Origin: Octopus vulgaris
Taxonomy: Eukaryota
Length of the DNA stretch: 64,000 nucleotides
Direction: 5' to 3'
NCBI GenBank assembly: GCA_951406725.2
Contig: OX597820.1
Location: 42,098,001-42,162,000, forward strand
This document shows positions 14,444 to 28,949 of the stretch, piece after piece. Position 1 is the first letter of the stretch. The number at the start of each line of letters is the position of its first letter. The notes below the pieces were generated by a model. It saw nothing but the letters and a program-made list of their open reading frames with translations. It had not been told where the DNA came from and searched no databases. Position numbers and translations under genes: made by a program.

Positions 14444-17400
14444 ATAGTTATTTAGATTGATGTGTAGTATTAAATCAAATGTAGACCAAGGAAACCGTAA
14501 TGATATTCAAAGTGCTTAAAGAAACGCCACGTCCTATTTTTTATTTATATTAATTATTAATTCTGACGCAATCAAAATATCAACGGCCACCTCTACAGGA
14601 TATTATATATATAAAAAATTATTGGTATCGATGATCTATCATTTTCTTTGGAAACAGAGTGGGAACATTTTTTGACCTGTTAATTAAGGCGTTAAATTAG
14701 GGTTTATATTCAAGCCTGACACAATGGGTATTTTTTTAATGTTCCTATCCGAGCGTAGGTATTTTTTTATTTTTTTCAATAACTTTCACATATTCGATAC
14801 AATGACTTATAATTCGACGCAGGCATAATGAAATAGTCGTCTGTTGCCATCTACAGTATATTTTCTTATCTATTACTTAATGTAAGGCAAGCTGCAGTCT
14901 ATGGGTACAAGAAATTGTAAAAGATTCTAAATGTGAATTATAGATTGAGGTTTACACTGTCAATATGATGAATTTACAAATTATTTATAAATTGAATTTT
15001 AAAAAATGGGTTAGAAAAATAACATTATAATTTGAATAATTTCCCAAGTTTCATGAAAAAACTGGCAAAAAGTCATGTGCATGATTGGACCTTCTTCAGT
15101 TTCTTCTCGAGGACATCATGTAAAAATTGCTACTTTGATTTCAGGGTCATCAAAGCTAAGTTGAGCATCTCAATGATGCTGTGGTTTAAGTTTTTATATC
15201 GAAGTATTTCTTTATGAGTAAGCTTTTTCATCATTGTAAAAGGGATTCAAACTCCATAGTATATATACATATATATATGTGTGTGTGTGTGTGTGCGTGT
15301 GTGTTATATAAAGAGTTCATCATCGTCATTATCATAGTTGTGATTGCTATTTTTTTCCTGATTTCATTTTCTTCACCTGAAACATCCCAGCTTTGTTCAA
15401 TTTTCATTTGGTTTCAATCTGTATTTGTACCGTTTTCTCTTTCGCTTGTTCTCTTTCGAATGTCTCCATCCCTCTGTGTCGCGCTCTCTCTATCTCCTCT
15501 CCTCTTTCTCTCTCTCTCTCTCTCTCTCACTTTCTCTCTCTCCCTCTTCTGATTCTTTCTCTTTCCACATACTTTTTAATATACATGTTTTCTATATATT
15601 TTTGCTGCTTGTCATCTCTGACATTATAAACATCACTTCCTATTTTTTAGCCTCTCTTTCTCTTCACATTTCCCCCCCCTTCCCTCTCTCTCTCTATTTT
15701 TTAATCCTTTCATTCTATTTCTTTTAAACTATCGCTTCACCTCCTTCCTCTCTGTTCTTTATCTCTTCTCTTTGCTCGCTTTCTCAATATTTTTTTCCAC
15801 TTTTTAATTATTGTCATTTCATCTTTTTTTTGTCTTAATGTTATTATAATTTTTTCTTCACTCCTTTCCAACTTTTACTTTTATCTTCAATTGATGTTTA
15901 GTTTTCTATGCCAATTCCGTTGTTATATGTATTTATTTATTTATTTATCTATTTATTGTAACGTATTATTTATTTTCGTTCTAAGTCCATGCTTACTCCT
16001 TTCTGGTTCAGTCTTCCCTTCTCCTCTCCTATATCCTCACTGTCTGCTAAGGCTGTCAATGCAGACACTATTTCTCCATTGTCTCCTGGTACCTGTTCTT
16101 TAATGCTGTCTGTCTGTTTGGTTGTCTGACGGAATATCTCTTTCGCTGTTACACTCCATACCCTAAAATTATTTCACTTACTTTGCCTGTCTTCCCTGTA
16201 TCCAGTTATTGATTTCTTGCATAGATATAGGCCACCACATTATCAGACAAGGGGCATGTGTAGTATTCATGCCTTTCTGAAATGTATTATTGACATGAAG
16301 TTAAGTGAGATTACAACAAACGGGAATCGAAACCTCGTCCCATATTGTCCCATATGCAAGTTGTAATTTGTCTAATCTCGTGTAATGGAACTATACACCC
16401 TGTAATATATTCGACTATTTGTTCATGGTATACTAAAAAGAGCATGATTTTCATGCCTAAGTGGAGTGAGTTGGTTTTAATGGTAAGTGGAAACAGGTTT
16501 ATGAATGCAGCTTGTCAGCAACTTATAAATCTCAACGTACACAGTGTGCTGTACACTGTCCAGGTTGGTGACTAATAGCTCTAGTCTTAAAGCGTTCAGT
16601 GACGAGTTTGCTTTTTATTTTCCTGTGTCTACTGCTGTTTGTTTCAATGCGAAATGGGTGAAACAACAACATATTTGGCTTTATAGGTATACTCTAACAT
16701 ATACTTTATAGGTATCCTGTACTATATTATAGGTATACTTTATAGGTATTTCATATAATGACAGCCGATATAATTATTGGTCGATTGGTTAATTTCACTA
16801 GTCACATCTTAGAGATAGGATGAGAGTGTAAAGGAGCAATACATAGAAATTCAATATAAGAGGTGTATGGTGAGTACGCATACTAGGCTTTATGGCAGGG
16901 AATGACTAAAATAATGCTACGTACCCACTAGACGACTCAAAAAAAATCATAGAAAAAGATAGTAGCTATCCGAGGAGTTATTAATGAGAATTTTAAAATT
17001 CAATTTCATTTTAAGTTAATAAATATCTTTATTTATTAAAATTTGTATACATTTCTTTGTTCTGTATCAGCATTAAAATCTTAGAAAAGTTCAATTATGT
17101 ATGCTTTGCAGTAGAGATAAATGTTAAAAGATGTTAAAAACATCTGGTTTCGCAATCAAAGGGTCCGAGGCTCTACGAAGCTATTTCACCGTCTGATGAG
17201 ACGTCGACTGCTGCATTTGAAGACATAATTCAACAAACAGTTCTTTTTGCACAGGAGTATTTTCTCTAAATGGAGGGCTGAATGGAAGACTTAATGGGGG
17301 ACTTAACCAGAATGTCCTGCATCTAAACAAATACGTCCAAGTGAGGATTTTATTCTTTCTAAAATCCGCCATGAAAAGATTTCATGTCCCAATATCTCGT

Positions 17401-17613
17401 TTAAATCGGGAGCCCAATAAATAATTCATGTTCTTTGTATCTACCTCTCATTCACTCTCCATCTCACCATTCACAATTTCCTTTTAACTCTTCGTTTCAT
17501 TTATAAGTTCATTCTTTCACATTTTGAATTTTTCCTTCATTTCTTTCACTCATTTGACATTTATTTCTACTTTGTTCTCCGCTGCCGACAAAATCTCTCT
17601 TTCTCTTTCTCTC

Positions 17614-17688
<75 letters not shown>

Positions 17689-17702
17689 ACTCTCTCTCTC
17701 TA

Positions 17703-17750
<48 letters not shown>

Positions 17751-17994
17751 ACACATTCTTACTCACACTTCGTATACAGTTATCCGATATGGATTTTGTT
17801 CTGGTCCTGTAAAGTTTCTATGGTCCCTTTTATACCTCAATATAATCGATCGGTGCTATTTTTTCTTCTATAACTGTATTGTCAACTAATGCTGACATAG
17901 TACACTTTTCGGTCTCTTAATGTGTGCCATTACTGCTTTCAATGACTCTAGTAAATACGTATGCACAGTTTTCATTTTCATCTATCTATCTATC

Positions 17995-18065
<71 letters not shown>

Positions 18066-18514
18066 AATTTTTCTAGCAAGCTATTTTCTTTTATTCCTCT
18101 CGGATTACATCTATTTACTAATGCTTTACTTTGTCCATTTCTTGCTTCCGTTCATCCTCCATTTGTCTGGTCATCATATGACCTTCCTGTCACGTTACTG
18201 ACCTGCAGGTAGTCTATTTCAAATTCACTGTATTTTCTTTAACCCCATATCATTCCTAATTACCCTTGCACACACACACACATGTGCTTTCCCCACAGTC
18301 CCTTTATCTGTTTTCTCTCTCCTTCGTTCCACCCCTTCAAACAAACAGGACTTTCAGATACATACATACAGACATGCACACACGCACACACACACATATG
18401 TACATGCACACATAAGTAAGTACATACATACATACACATATATACATTCATACATACGCAGATGTATACACGGCTCTTTCTGTTTTCCTCTCTGTGTCAC
18501 TCTCGCTCTATCTC

Positions 18515-18625
18515 TCTAACTCTCTTAGGCAACACTGTCGTGGTTGCACGCTCCCTTTGCAACCAAGTGGTTGCGCATTCAGTCCCACTGCGCGCAGTAT
18601 GGGCAAGTATCACAATGTCCTGTGA
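18515..18625 (+). mobile_element. decayed SINE head (family of 52874-53298)
   Basis: CAACCAAGTGGTTGCGCATTCAGTCCCACTGCGCGCAGTATGGGCAAGT resembles AACCACATGGTTCCAGGTTCAGTCCCACTGCGTGGTACCTTGGGCAA. Confidence 0.55.
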
Positions 18626-18709
18626 ATGAATTTTGCTGATGGAAACGGTGTGGAAGACTATCGTATGTATATGTTGTGCGCATGTGTGACTGTGTGTGTG
18701 TTCTTGTGT

Positions 18710-18829
<120 letters not shown>

Positions 18830-19114
18830 TGCGTGTGTTTGAGTTTGTCCCCAATCACCGTTTGGCAAGCGGTGTTGATTTGTTTACGTCTCTGTAATTG
18901 AGTTATTCGGCACAAGCGACAAATTAAAGTCTGTCTTCTTTCCGTTTTCACCTTCATTTCTTTCTTTCACGTTCCTCCTCTCTTTGTACTTTATTCTCCC
19001 GTCCTGTATCCTTTCAACTTAAAAGTTTCGATGCAAGTCCTTAATACTTTCTTCCTTTCTCTCTCCGTTTCACTCTATCCTCCAACTCGATATTCACACA
19101 CAGACACACTCACG

Positions 19115-19172
<58 letters not shown>

Positions 19173-20099
19173 TCATAAAATGTACAGTCTCGCAACTCTT
19201 ATTCAACTGCCCTTAGCTTACATCTACCTCTCTTTCTTCCACGCTTTCTCGTTCTCTCTTCTACATAATATTCCGTGCTTTTGTTCTCACTGACTCTACA
19301 GATTCTTCTCACCTTTATTCCTCAACCACATTCCTCTCGCTGTGAGTTCTTTGCAGCAAATATATCTACAGTCACTGACTTTAAAATCGCTCTCTTCGCT
19401 TCAGTATTAGTTCCGTGCTCTAACTCACTCTCTATCTGTCCATCTACACATCTCACCTACATCTGCTATTCTAACCCCTCTATCTTGCGTGTCAGTTATT
19501 GACGCTCCCATTCTTTCCGTCTCTAGCTTATTTTCTCTGTCTCGCACATATGTACATACTGAATGTATATATTATAATAAATAAATAGAATATAATATAT
19601 ATATCGCGCACAACACACACACACACACATAAATGTGTGTGTGCGTGTGTATATTTCCAAACATCTCTTCCTTTCTCAACTTTCTCCTCCAGTTCAAAAT
19701 TCATTCCCTCCGTTTCTAGCTCTCTTTGAATACGCCACGTTCAGTCACTGCAACTCTATCTACACTCTCCCGTCTAACCTAAATAACCGAACGTTCTTCG
19801 AACTGCCAGTACGGAGCTGCCAACATACCTATACAGACATGTAGTCCTGTTCCGCTTCCTCTCTCTACAATCTATTCAAGCACTCCTTCCTGAACACAAA
19901 CCGAACTCGCCTCCATTGTTCAGCTGCTGTTGTTCATTTTACCCTTCCGTTCAGTTGTACTTCTCTCCACCTTTCAGTTCCTGCAGTTTCATTCAATTTT
20001 TAAAAATAAATGTATGCACTAACATATAGATTACTACCTGCAATGAGTAGCACATTAACACTTGTATTTATTCATGAACTTAACAAATATCTATCTATA

Positions 20100-20161
<62 letters not shown>

Positions 20162-20250
20162 CCTATCTGTATGTAATATATCTCAATTTGTGTGCGTGTA
20201 TGTATACGAGTGCATGTTTGCACACACATACAAGAATGTATGTGTGTATG

Positions 20251-20311
<61 letters not shown>

Positions 20312-20375
20312 CACACACTCACACAGATTTATATATATATATGTATATACATACATAATATAAATACATATATAT

Positions 20376-20412
<37 letters not shown>

Positions 20413-20831
20413 CATGCCCGCACACACACATGTTTATACACACAGATAGAATAGAGTATTCCAATACTAAGTATAACTTGTTCTCTTTCCTTTTACTTCT
20501 TCGTTCCCTCTGTGCAATGTCTCTCTATAACGTTCTCTCAGTATGTACATATACGCAGCAACACATACCTACAAACATATTACTATATAATTACACTTGA
20601 TCGGACGCTGTTCATTAAATCTATTACTTATACATTTTCCTCCCTTAATCCTAGCTTTATACCTGTAATAATTATTTTGCCTATTCTTTTTTTTTTTCTG
20701 TTTTCTTTTTTTTTTTTTTTTGTTTTGTTTTGAAACAGGCATTTTGTCGTTAACTTGAGCGTATTTTTTCGATTCCTCTATTAGTACGTACATTCATCCA
20801 TCCCGCTCTCCATCCATCATCTATCTATCTG

Positions 20832-20874
<43 letters not shown>

Positions 20875-21182
20875 CACTCCTTCCACACACATTCACACAA
20901 ATATTTCCCCACACATAAGCATACCCACCGATGCAATAATACATACAGACAGATTTTTTCCATCATTTTCTGCCGTTTTTCTTCATTGAATGGAACCTAG
21001 TCCCCATTCTTTTCATGTATTTTTTTTACACTTGCTTATATATTTTCGACTTACCTCTATCCACTTTCCACTCTTCGCTCTCTATATTCACATCTATCAT
21101 TTCCTATCCTCAAACATTCTTGCTCCAGTTTTTCACCTCATTCCCAGATTAGACTCCATCCATTCGAACGTTCTCTTTCTCC

Positions 21183-21235
<53 letters not shown>

Positions 21236-21919
21236 TTTCTGTAACTCCCCCTCTCTCATTTCCGTCAAAGTGTCCTATGTAATAATTACGGTCCATACTA
21301 CACTAATATTTCTGTTTTCTCTCTCTTTACTTACTATTAAATGATGCATCACACCCATACGTTCTACCATACCTATTGCTGTATCCCTTCTTTCGTTCCT
21401 ACACCAGATTTAACCACTCACCTTAAGTGCTTCAAGAAGGATTCGGCTCCAAACTTTGTACGTACACATTAATCTAGCGAATATTTCTCTGGATGCAAGC
21501 AAAATAATAAAAAGAAAAAGAATAAAAAAAGGCTCTACTTAATTCTTCTAGATATCTTTTCTTTATTTTCTTATACGCTTTATTCGTTCATTTAGCAATT
21601 TTTCCGTTTTATTATTTTATTTTTTGAATTTTTCTCTCCGCTTTTTCTTTTTCTCCTTTCTCCGTCATTCCGCCTATTTCCTACATCTATTCTTATTTCA
21701 TCTAACTATTCCTTTTCTTTTCAATATTTACCAATTTCTCGTTATTATTTATTTATTTATTTACTTCGACTTTTTGCTTTTGTAGTTTATTCGGTCACTT
21801 TCCCCTCTTTACTCCTTCCCAGTTTCTTCCGTTTCTCTGCTAAATCTTTCTGTTAATTCCGTCAACCACTATCACAGCCACCATCACCATCGCCCATATG
21901 TATTTTTCTTTCTTTCACA

Positions 21920-21958
<39 letters not shown>

Positions 21959-22176
21959 TCTCTCTCTCTTCCTCTCTCTCTCGATTGTCGTTCATTTTCT
22001 TATTTATTTTTCTCTTTTTACCCAACTACTTTCCTAAACCTTCCCATGTTAAACTTGACTTGCGTGAAATATCGATTGGGAGAATACTTTCATGTAGTAG
22101 GTCCAGCAATAGCATTTACAGTTTCGACGGCTCTGCACTGGAATCAGTAGATTTTGTTTCGTTGCTTATGTCCCAG

Positions 22177-22275
22177 ACAGAAACAAAGAATGCCAAAGCC
22201 AAACGAACGGTGTACTGGAATACAGAACAGATATATATCGGAGTAGATCGGTACTTTGGATGGTTAGCAATTGTT
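22177..22275 (+). CDS. candidate internal 99-nt exon; phase-1 reading ends ...RSRSVLWMVSNC (GT10 alpha-1,3-fucosyltransferase-like motif)
   Basis: Pyrimidine-rich acceptor TTTTGTTTCGTTGCTTATGTCCCAG and consensus donor GTT|GTGAGT; length divisible by 3; open in phases 0 and 1. Family assignment rests on one short motif. Confidence 0.3.
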
Positions 22276-22365
22276 GTGAGTGCGTGAATGCCCAATTTTT
22301 GTTCAACAACTCATATTTAGGCGGTAGCAATCCCAACATTTATTTCTTATATGCAAGACACTAGA

Positions 22366-22435
<70 letters not shown>

Positions 22436-22559
22436 TTATGATCCTCATCATATTGGTGTTGTTGTTGTTGTTGTCGTCGCCGTCGTCGTCGTGGTACTGA
22501 TTCTGAATCTAGTTGTGTTAACAATAGTAACAACAAAGATTATTACGATTTATAATAAA

Positions 22560-23345
22560 TACCACGAGGTATTTACGACGGATTTATTAGATTGAATTGA
22601 TCATAGTATATTACTGGTAATTGTCCTTTGACTGCCGATAGACTGTAATGCAAAATAAATACGTGAATCTTGGACTCAAAATATACATGTTCAGAACGTA
22701 TATTCGACTTTTTTTTTTCATTTCTGTCACCCTGCATTATTAACAAGTTACATTCTGATGATAATAATTGTTTTTAATTTAGGCAGAAGGTCGCTAAATT
22801 TGAAGGAAGGGATTCAGTCGATACAATCGACACTAGTACGTTATTGGTACTTAAGGTATCGAGTTCAGAGGGATGATTGTTTAATTTGACCAAGGTAGGG
22901 TTTTTGACTGCGTAACATAACCGGAACACAAAGAAACATGCATTTCTCTGACACTCTAACGATTCTTACATTCTACTACACTTAAATACTTCTATTTTAA
23001 GCAGACGACCAGCAATTTATTGGGTTGGTAGGTTAACCGATATCATCGTAATCAGTTTTTGGCAGGTGGATTTAACAAGTGCATTTTTAAAAGTATATTC
23101 CAAATTGACGAAAGAGAAAGTTGACTTCGACAGTGTCTCATCATAGAACCGTATATAAATACTGCCAGACATCATAGAACCACATTTAAATACTACCAGA
23201 CATTTTGTACTAATTTGAGCACCAGGTCAGCAATTTTGAGTGATATGGGATTAAGCGAATACATATACACCATTCTTAAATTTTACCTTATGGTATCAAT
23301 CCCGGAGGGATGAAAGACGAATTTCGGGTTTCATGTTAGAACAGT
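22560..23345 (-). mobile_element. cluster of several highly decayed SINE copies (family of 34391-34768)
   Basis: Repeated degenerate versions of TCGA...CAGTA...TGGTACTT..TATCGA....GA.GGATGA...AAAGTTGAC.TCG.C.G.ATTTGAAC. Confidence 0.55.
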
Positions 23346-23405
23346 GGTTCCCAACACTTTTATTTAGATGAGCTTCCCCACGGATCCCTTTTAATATTCT
23401 TATCC

Positions 23406-23436
<31 letters not shown>

Positions 23437-23439
23437 TAA

Positions 23440-23580
23440 ATGTAATACGTGACAATTCGGTAGCTACGATAAAACTCCGAGTTTCGGATGTCGGGGTGGA
23501 AATCCACGCCGTCCTCTCTTCAGTTATCCGGCCACCGGAAAAAACAGCCGTCGGGAAAAATGGCCATCGGAAAACATATC
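23440..23580 (-). mobile_element. short hammerhead-carrying pseudo-LTR fragment abutting (TA)n
   Basis: GC-rich island holding the HHR at 23459-23536, with its 3' end running into (TA)n at 23406-23438. Confidence 0.55.
23459..23536 (-). ncRNA. type I hammerhead ribozyme
   Basis: Minus strand GGTGGC-CG-GATAA CTGAAGA G..CGGCGTGGA-TT-TCCACCCCG..CC GAAAC TC-G-GA GTT TTATC-GTA-GCTACC. Intact CUGANGA/GAAA core, stem I GATAA/TTATC extended by GGTGGC/GCTACC, near-palindromic stem III ACTC-G-GAGT, GUU cleavage triplet. Confidence 0.75.
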
Positions 23581-23589
23581 ATTTTTTTT

Positions 23590-23813
23590 ATGGCTTTAAC
23601 TCGTTTCAGTCATTTGACTGTGGCCATGCTGGGAGACTGCCTTTAGTCGAAGAAATCGGCCCCAGGACTTATTCTTCGTAAGCCTAGTACTTATTGTATT
23701 GGTCTCTATTGCCGAACATTAGTAGAAGATACTTGCCCAAGGTGCCACGTAGTGAGACTGAATCCGAAACCATATGGTTGAAAAGCTTCTTACCACACAG
23801 CCACACTGGCACC
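23590..23813 (-). mobile_element. tRNA-derived CORE-type SINE (internally deleted)
   Basis: Reverse complement of the head and tail of 52874-53298 (GTTTCAGTCATTTGACTGTGGCCATGCTGG...ACTTGCCCAAGGTGCCACG..GTG.GACTGAA...ACCACACAGCCAC). Confidence 0.8.
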
Positions 23814-25489
23814 ATAATCATTTTCTATTAGAAACGTTTATAAAGCTCTATGACAGAGTATCATGTGTCAACAAAATGTAAGAGCAAAATGTAAGGTTTA
23901 CATCAATACCATATCAACAGGCAATTCAATTAAAATTTATATCGAAGTAGTGTGTACTTTGAATCTAATACATAAAAATACGAAGAATGATGTGAGCAAT
24001 AGAAGTATGTGGTAGACACTTCATTGTCACCGATAAATCAGAAAAGACATAAATAGACCAATGGGTAAGATATCTTAATTCTATATGTATACTGTACAAT
24101 TACACTCCACTCTACACACAAAGAAACAAAAGAAAAAAACCCAAGTACGTTTCTACTTGTAAAACATTGAATGAACTAAGCCTAGATTTAAAGTTAACAC
24201 ATGGTCCAGACAGACAATCTAACTTGAGATATATTTGCAATCACAAAATAATATGAGAACTATAAATGGAACACCAAACGACGGTTGCGTAATGCAACTC
24301 AAAAGTAACGAATCTAAACAGGAACATAATCACATTGAGAAAGTACACTGTAAAGACACACTCAGCACTTAAAAAAACAAACTAAATATCAAAACAGTGT
24401 AAAACAAAACACTTGAATCCTTTAAGACTCCTGGCCAGCAAATGCCAAATCTGAACATAAGAAAAACAAATTAAATAAAGAAAATATACGGAAGATCTAA
24501 TAATAGGAAATTCTAAAGATGGAAATCATACTTTTGATAGTCTGGATGTAGGAATCATTAAAGAACTATAGCAACAGATTTTCTTACAAATACCTCAGAA
24601 GGATAAAATTCACCAATAAAATAGCAACGGCAATAAAATATAATGCATATCTGTCCATCATAGACTTAATGCAAACAAATGCGAAAATCAATATGACCAG
24701 GTTAACGAAATAATATACGAGGTGCCGTTGTTGGATAGGACACTGAGTACTCTTTGAGATCTATTCATGTAGGAATGCAGACACCCACCCCACAAAAAAA
24801 CAAAATAAATAAAAAATAAAGCGTGGGACATAAACTTACAGAAAATTATAAGAGATAAGATTTCTAGATCTGTAATGAAATCAATAAAGAATTGCGCTAA
24901 TGAAAAAGTACTACAGAAATATATGTAATGTAGAAAATATCTGAAATCCACTAGAACCGGAAACAAGGAATCGGGAGCTGTTAAAACGAGAGCGATTCTT
25001 TGAATAAAGGAAAAGAAATATAAGCAAATAATATATGCAAATATATGTAAGCAATTTTATTAAGATCTAAGTTGAAGTAAAACAAAAATTAGTGCAACAT
25101 CAAGAGCATGATAAAGATGAGAGTTCTGGGCAGAGATGGATTAAAACTGGATACGACTGACGACTGTTTGAAAATACCAGTACAACATTGAATTAACTTT
25201 GGAAGCCATAACAACACTACAATAGCCAAGATACTACAACAACTAAACGGCAACATGAAAGAAAGACCTGGCGAAAACGTACATTTCTGATTGAAAAATG
25301 TAGCAGGAACGCATAAAGTTAGCAGTGACATTTAATAAGATATCGATGGAGTAGGTGGTGGTGGAAGAGGAGAAGAAGTGAAGGAGAAGGAATAGGTGGA
25401 AGAAAAGGAGATGAAGTGAAAGAGAAGGAAGAAAACAACAACAATAGCTACAGCTGCAACAACGAAAGAAAGAAGAAATGCATATCTAT

Positions 25490-25850
25490 AGAGATAGAGT
25501 ATCTCTATTTCGTTTCAAGTTGGTAGAAAATTAATATTTGTCATGTTTACCGTCATTTAGTATGGTATCTATACTTTTCATGATAGTCACTAATTAGCTG
25601 TCTATTTGTCACTTTACTCACTAGATAGTACATCTGTATTTATTATGTTACCCCACATTAATTTTTAAAGTATTCGACATTAGTCATCTATATTTGTCAA
25701 GGTAGTTTGTAGTTAGTAGAGTACCTTTATTTGTCATGGTAGTAGAGTATCTAAATTTGACTTCTTAATCTATTTCAGTGGAGTGTTTATATTTCTCATC
25801 TTAGTACAAAGTCTATATCTATATTTGTCATGCTAGTAGTCACTTGTAAA
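25490..25850. repeat. degenerate minisatellite (unit about AGTATCTATATTTGTCATGGT)
   Basis: About ten imperfect recurrences of TATCTATATTTGTCA / TATTTGTCATG.TAGT. Confidence 0.55.
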
Positions 25851-28248
25851 TCGATAGTTCAGAAATATTCTGACGACTAAAAGTTAATCTGTTGATTTAA
25901 CTTCATCAAATTCTTTGTCAGTTATAGAGAAAAGGAAATCCAACCGTTAATTAACTAAGGTAACAATTCCTCTATTGTGTCTTGGTTGATTGTTTGATAT
26001 ACTGCATTCATTGAATTACATACAAATGTAGGATAAAGGTTTAGTCTTACTGTTACTTATACTAGGGACAGATTTATTGAGCAGTCCTGTGATGAAAGAC
26101 ATTTCAGTCATCACTATTTTACCTTTTCGTATAAATTAGACTAGATTGGGTAATATTCCCTTCCTTTTTATAGGAAGGAAATATTGTGACTTGAAGAAAT
26201 TTGGCTGCTATTTCCAGCACTGCACTAAGTGTTGGACTGCACGAAAGCTTCTTCAATGATGAAACAGTATGTGCCGTAAACACATACATTTACTCATACA
26301 TGTGCGCATACATGTATCATATATATAGTTATAAAAGTCACATGTTCTCAACACACAATTTTCCCATTTAATCAAAGGTAGAGCAGATGCGTTCATGATC
26401 TTTGAATCCTTCTCGGTCTATTAAGATTGATGCGGCTGATATTCAGTTTGAACAACGGTAGACTGATTCAGTGGTAGATTAGGAGACTTTGGTGTAAATT
26501 CAACAGTGTCATAGGTTTCGATATATCTGATACATGATCAGAAATTATAATCCAGCCACAATTTCATGCTATAATCTATTATAACAGTATGGTCAGTATG
26601 AAAATGACGAGTTTCTAGAAAATTTATGTTTTTGATACTTTACCAGTTTTACTGACGAAAACGGAAACAGATTCCCCATATGCTGCGTCTGGACGATGGT
26701 ACATGAGAATAGATAATTGTCAACTTCTCCAGAAGATAGGAAACCGCGGGAGAGGGATGCTGGGAGTATGAAAAACATGTTTTACATGTTTCCCTTTTGA
26801 CGTGAGAACTTTAACTAGGTTTTAAGTCCCATTCATTGATATGTTTCAGCTAATTTGTTCTATTAAGTCTAATGTGCATACAGTTATAGAAAAGTACAAG
26901 TACACAAGTAATAGTTGTTTCAAATTTTGGCACAAACCAGCAACTTTAGAACATACCAGTGCTCAAATGGTACTCATATTATTGATGACAGAATACAGGA
27001 CAAAGGCGACTTCGACGAGATTTGAACTCTTAAAGCGCGTAAAGAGCCTGGAGACATACTGCTAAACATTTTCTCCGACGCGTAACAATTCGAACTTGTA
27101 CAATAATGGTTTAGCACCTTAATATACAAGTAGTTATTGGAACAACTTTCAAGTGCTCAGATGTGTCCTTTAATTTGTATAAAAACTGAAAATATTTATT
27201 AGTTTCCAAATAATGATAAATATTTATATTACTCTTTGATAAAGACTAAAGTATATTAAATACAAATGAAAATAAATTATCTCCTTGTATGAATTTGCGA
27301 TTAATTAAAAACATATAATTATATTACTTCATGAATTTATAATGAGATCAAGAAAGAACGGCAGTCAATAATCCTACTAAATAAAAGGAAACCTTAAAAG
27401 AAACTTAATCACGGTGTTATTGATGATTCATTTCATAAAACACAAGTAACTTTCCAAATAGTAACACGTGAACTTAGATGAAGGTCAATGAGACGGTTAT
27501 AAATTCTTAGTAATATTAATTAAAATGAAGCATCCCTACCCTTAAAATGTTTGTATATGAAACTAAATAAATAATTAGCTAGAATAATATAGTCTATACT
27601 TAATGAGTATATTTCAGACATGTGAAGTGAATGTGCAAGTAAATGGAAAGTGTTCTACTTTATGGTTACTCGGTTGCTACTTGTGCATCATATAAGAAAA
27701 AGGAGGCCGCTGTTATTACTGATTCTCCCTAAAACATCCCATTTCATCCATGTCCATACTATCATTTTGAGTATCTAGGATTGCATTAAATAATGTGTCT
27801 TCTTTCCTACAGAGAGAAATAGGAGAGAATTGCTATTTCCAACACCATCTAATAACTGGGTAAAAATCTCCTGGCTGGTAGACGCAACATATCCATGTGC
27901 TTACCTTAAAATGGAAATATCCTCAGCACTAGGCGTTCCTTGCCATAATCAGGGGTGAAACGGTCGCGTTCATATATTTTGCAACACTTCTGATATTGTT
28001 GCGATTGGTGCAGTTAATTTTCAGGTTCAGCAATGTTAATTTTGGTGACTGAAGGACACTTTAAACAAGTGCAGAATAAAGACAACCTGAACAGTAAAGC
28101 TAAGTACAACCATTAGACTGTATCTGCGCAAATAGCAATCATCTTTCTTCACCAATAAGTCATCCTCTCGATGCTCTGCACACAACAGTCAAATTTTCTC
28201 AATTCTCAGTACTCTTTATAGCATGAAGGACATATTGTCCAATGTAGC

Positions 28249-28567
28249 TGGCACTCCGTCGGTTACAATGACGAGGGTTCTATTCGATCCGATGAATGGA
28301 ACAGCTTGCTTGTGAAATTAATGTGCAAGTGGCTGAACACTTCACAAACACGTGTACCCTTTATGTAGTTCTCAGAGAGATTCAACGTGACACAGAATGT
28401 AACAAGGCTGGCCCTTTGAATTACAAGTACTAATCATTTTTCTCATCTGAATGGACTGGAGCAACGTGAAATAAAGTGTCTTGCTTAAGGACACAACGTG
28501 TCTCTAGGAATTGAAATCACAACCTTACGGTCATGAGTCTGATGACTTAAACACTAAGCCACGCACC
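28249..28567 (-). mobile_element. tRNA-derived SINE, third family (CORE-like GTGTCCTTAAGCAAGACACTT plus conserved central domain)
   Basis: Full-length alignment with 51231-51570; tRNA-like head on the minus strand. Confidence 0.8.
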
Positions 28568-28949
28568 TTCACTATCAGCAGATGAAAGACATTTGAATGT
28601 ATTTCAGCATAAGACTTCTACTTCAGAGCTGTGCTGGAGCTAAACAATATAATGTATCATTTAGAGGCCCTTTTAGAAAAGCTCCCATATCTAGGATAGT
28701 AGCGTTTCTTTATTGATTTTAGGTTAGAAGCTAATATACTGTAATTACATAAATTTAACTGTCAAGAACTTGCATTTACTTTCTTATGTAGAATTTATTT
28801 ATTAAGTATTCTAAATACATAAACCTACGTACACATACACAAATACACACACGCACAAACACAGACACACACACACCCAAACACACATAGATATATATAT
28901 GTATGTATATATATATATATGTATGTATATATATATATATATATATATA

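Noticed and set aside
17130-17230. VKNIWFRNQRVR resembling homeodomain helix 3, and KAKRTVYWNTEQI (22195, phase 0) resembling a homeodomain N-terminal arm
   Set aside because: No splice acceptor before the WF segment, insertions relative to the consensus, and the two pieces are in the wrong order for one gene; probably chance.
17196-17230. CTGATGAG possible hammerhead start
   Set aside because: No downstream GAAA core half or compatible stems.
24000-25330. A-rich region possibly a very old LINE
   Set aside because: Only faint motif echoes; not supportable without a profile search.
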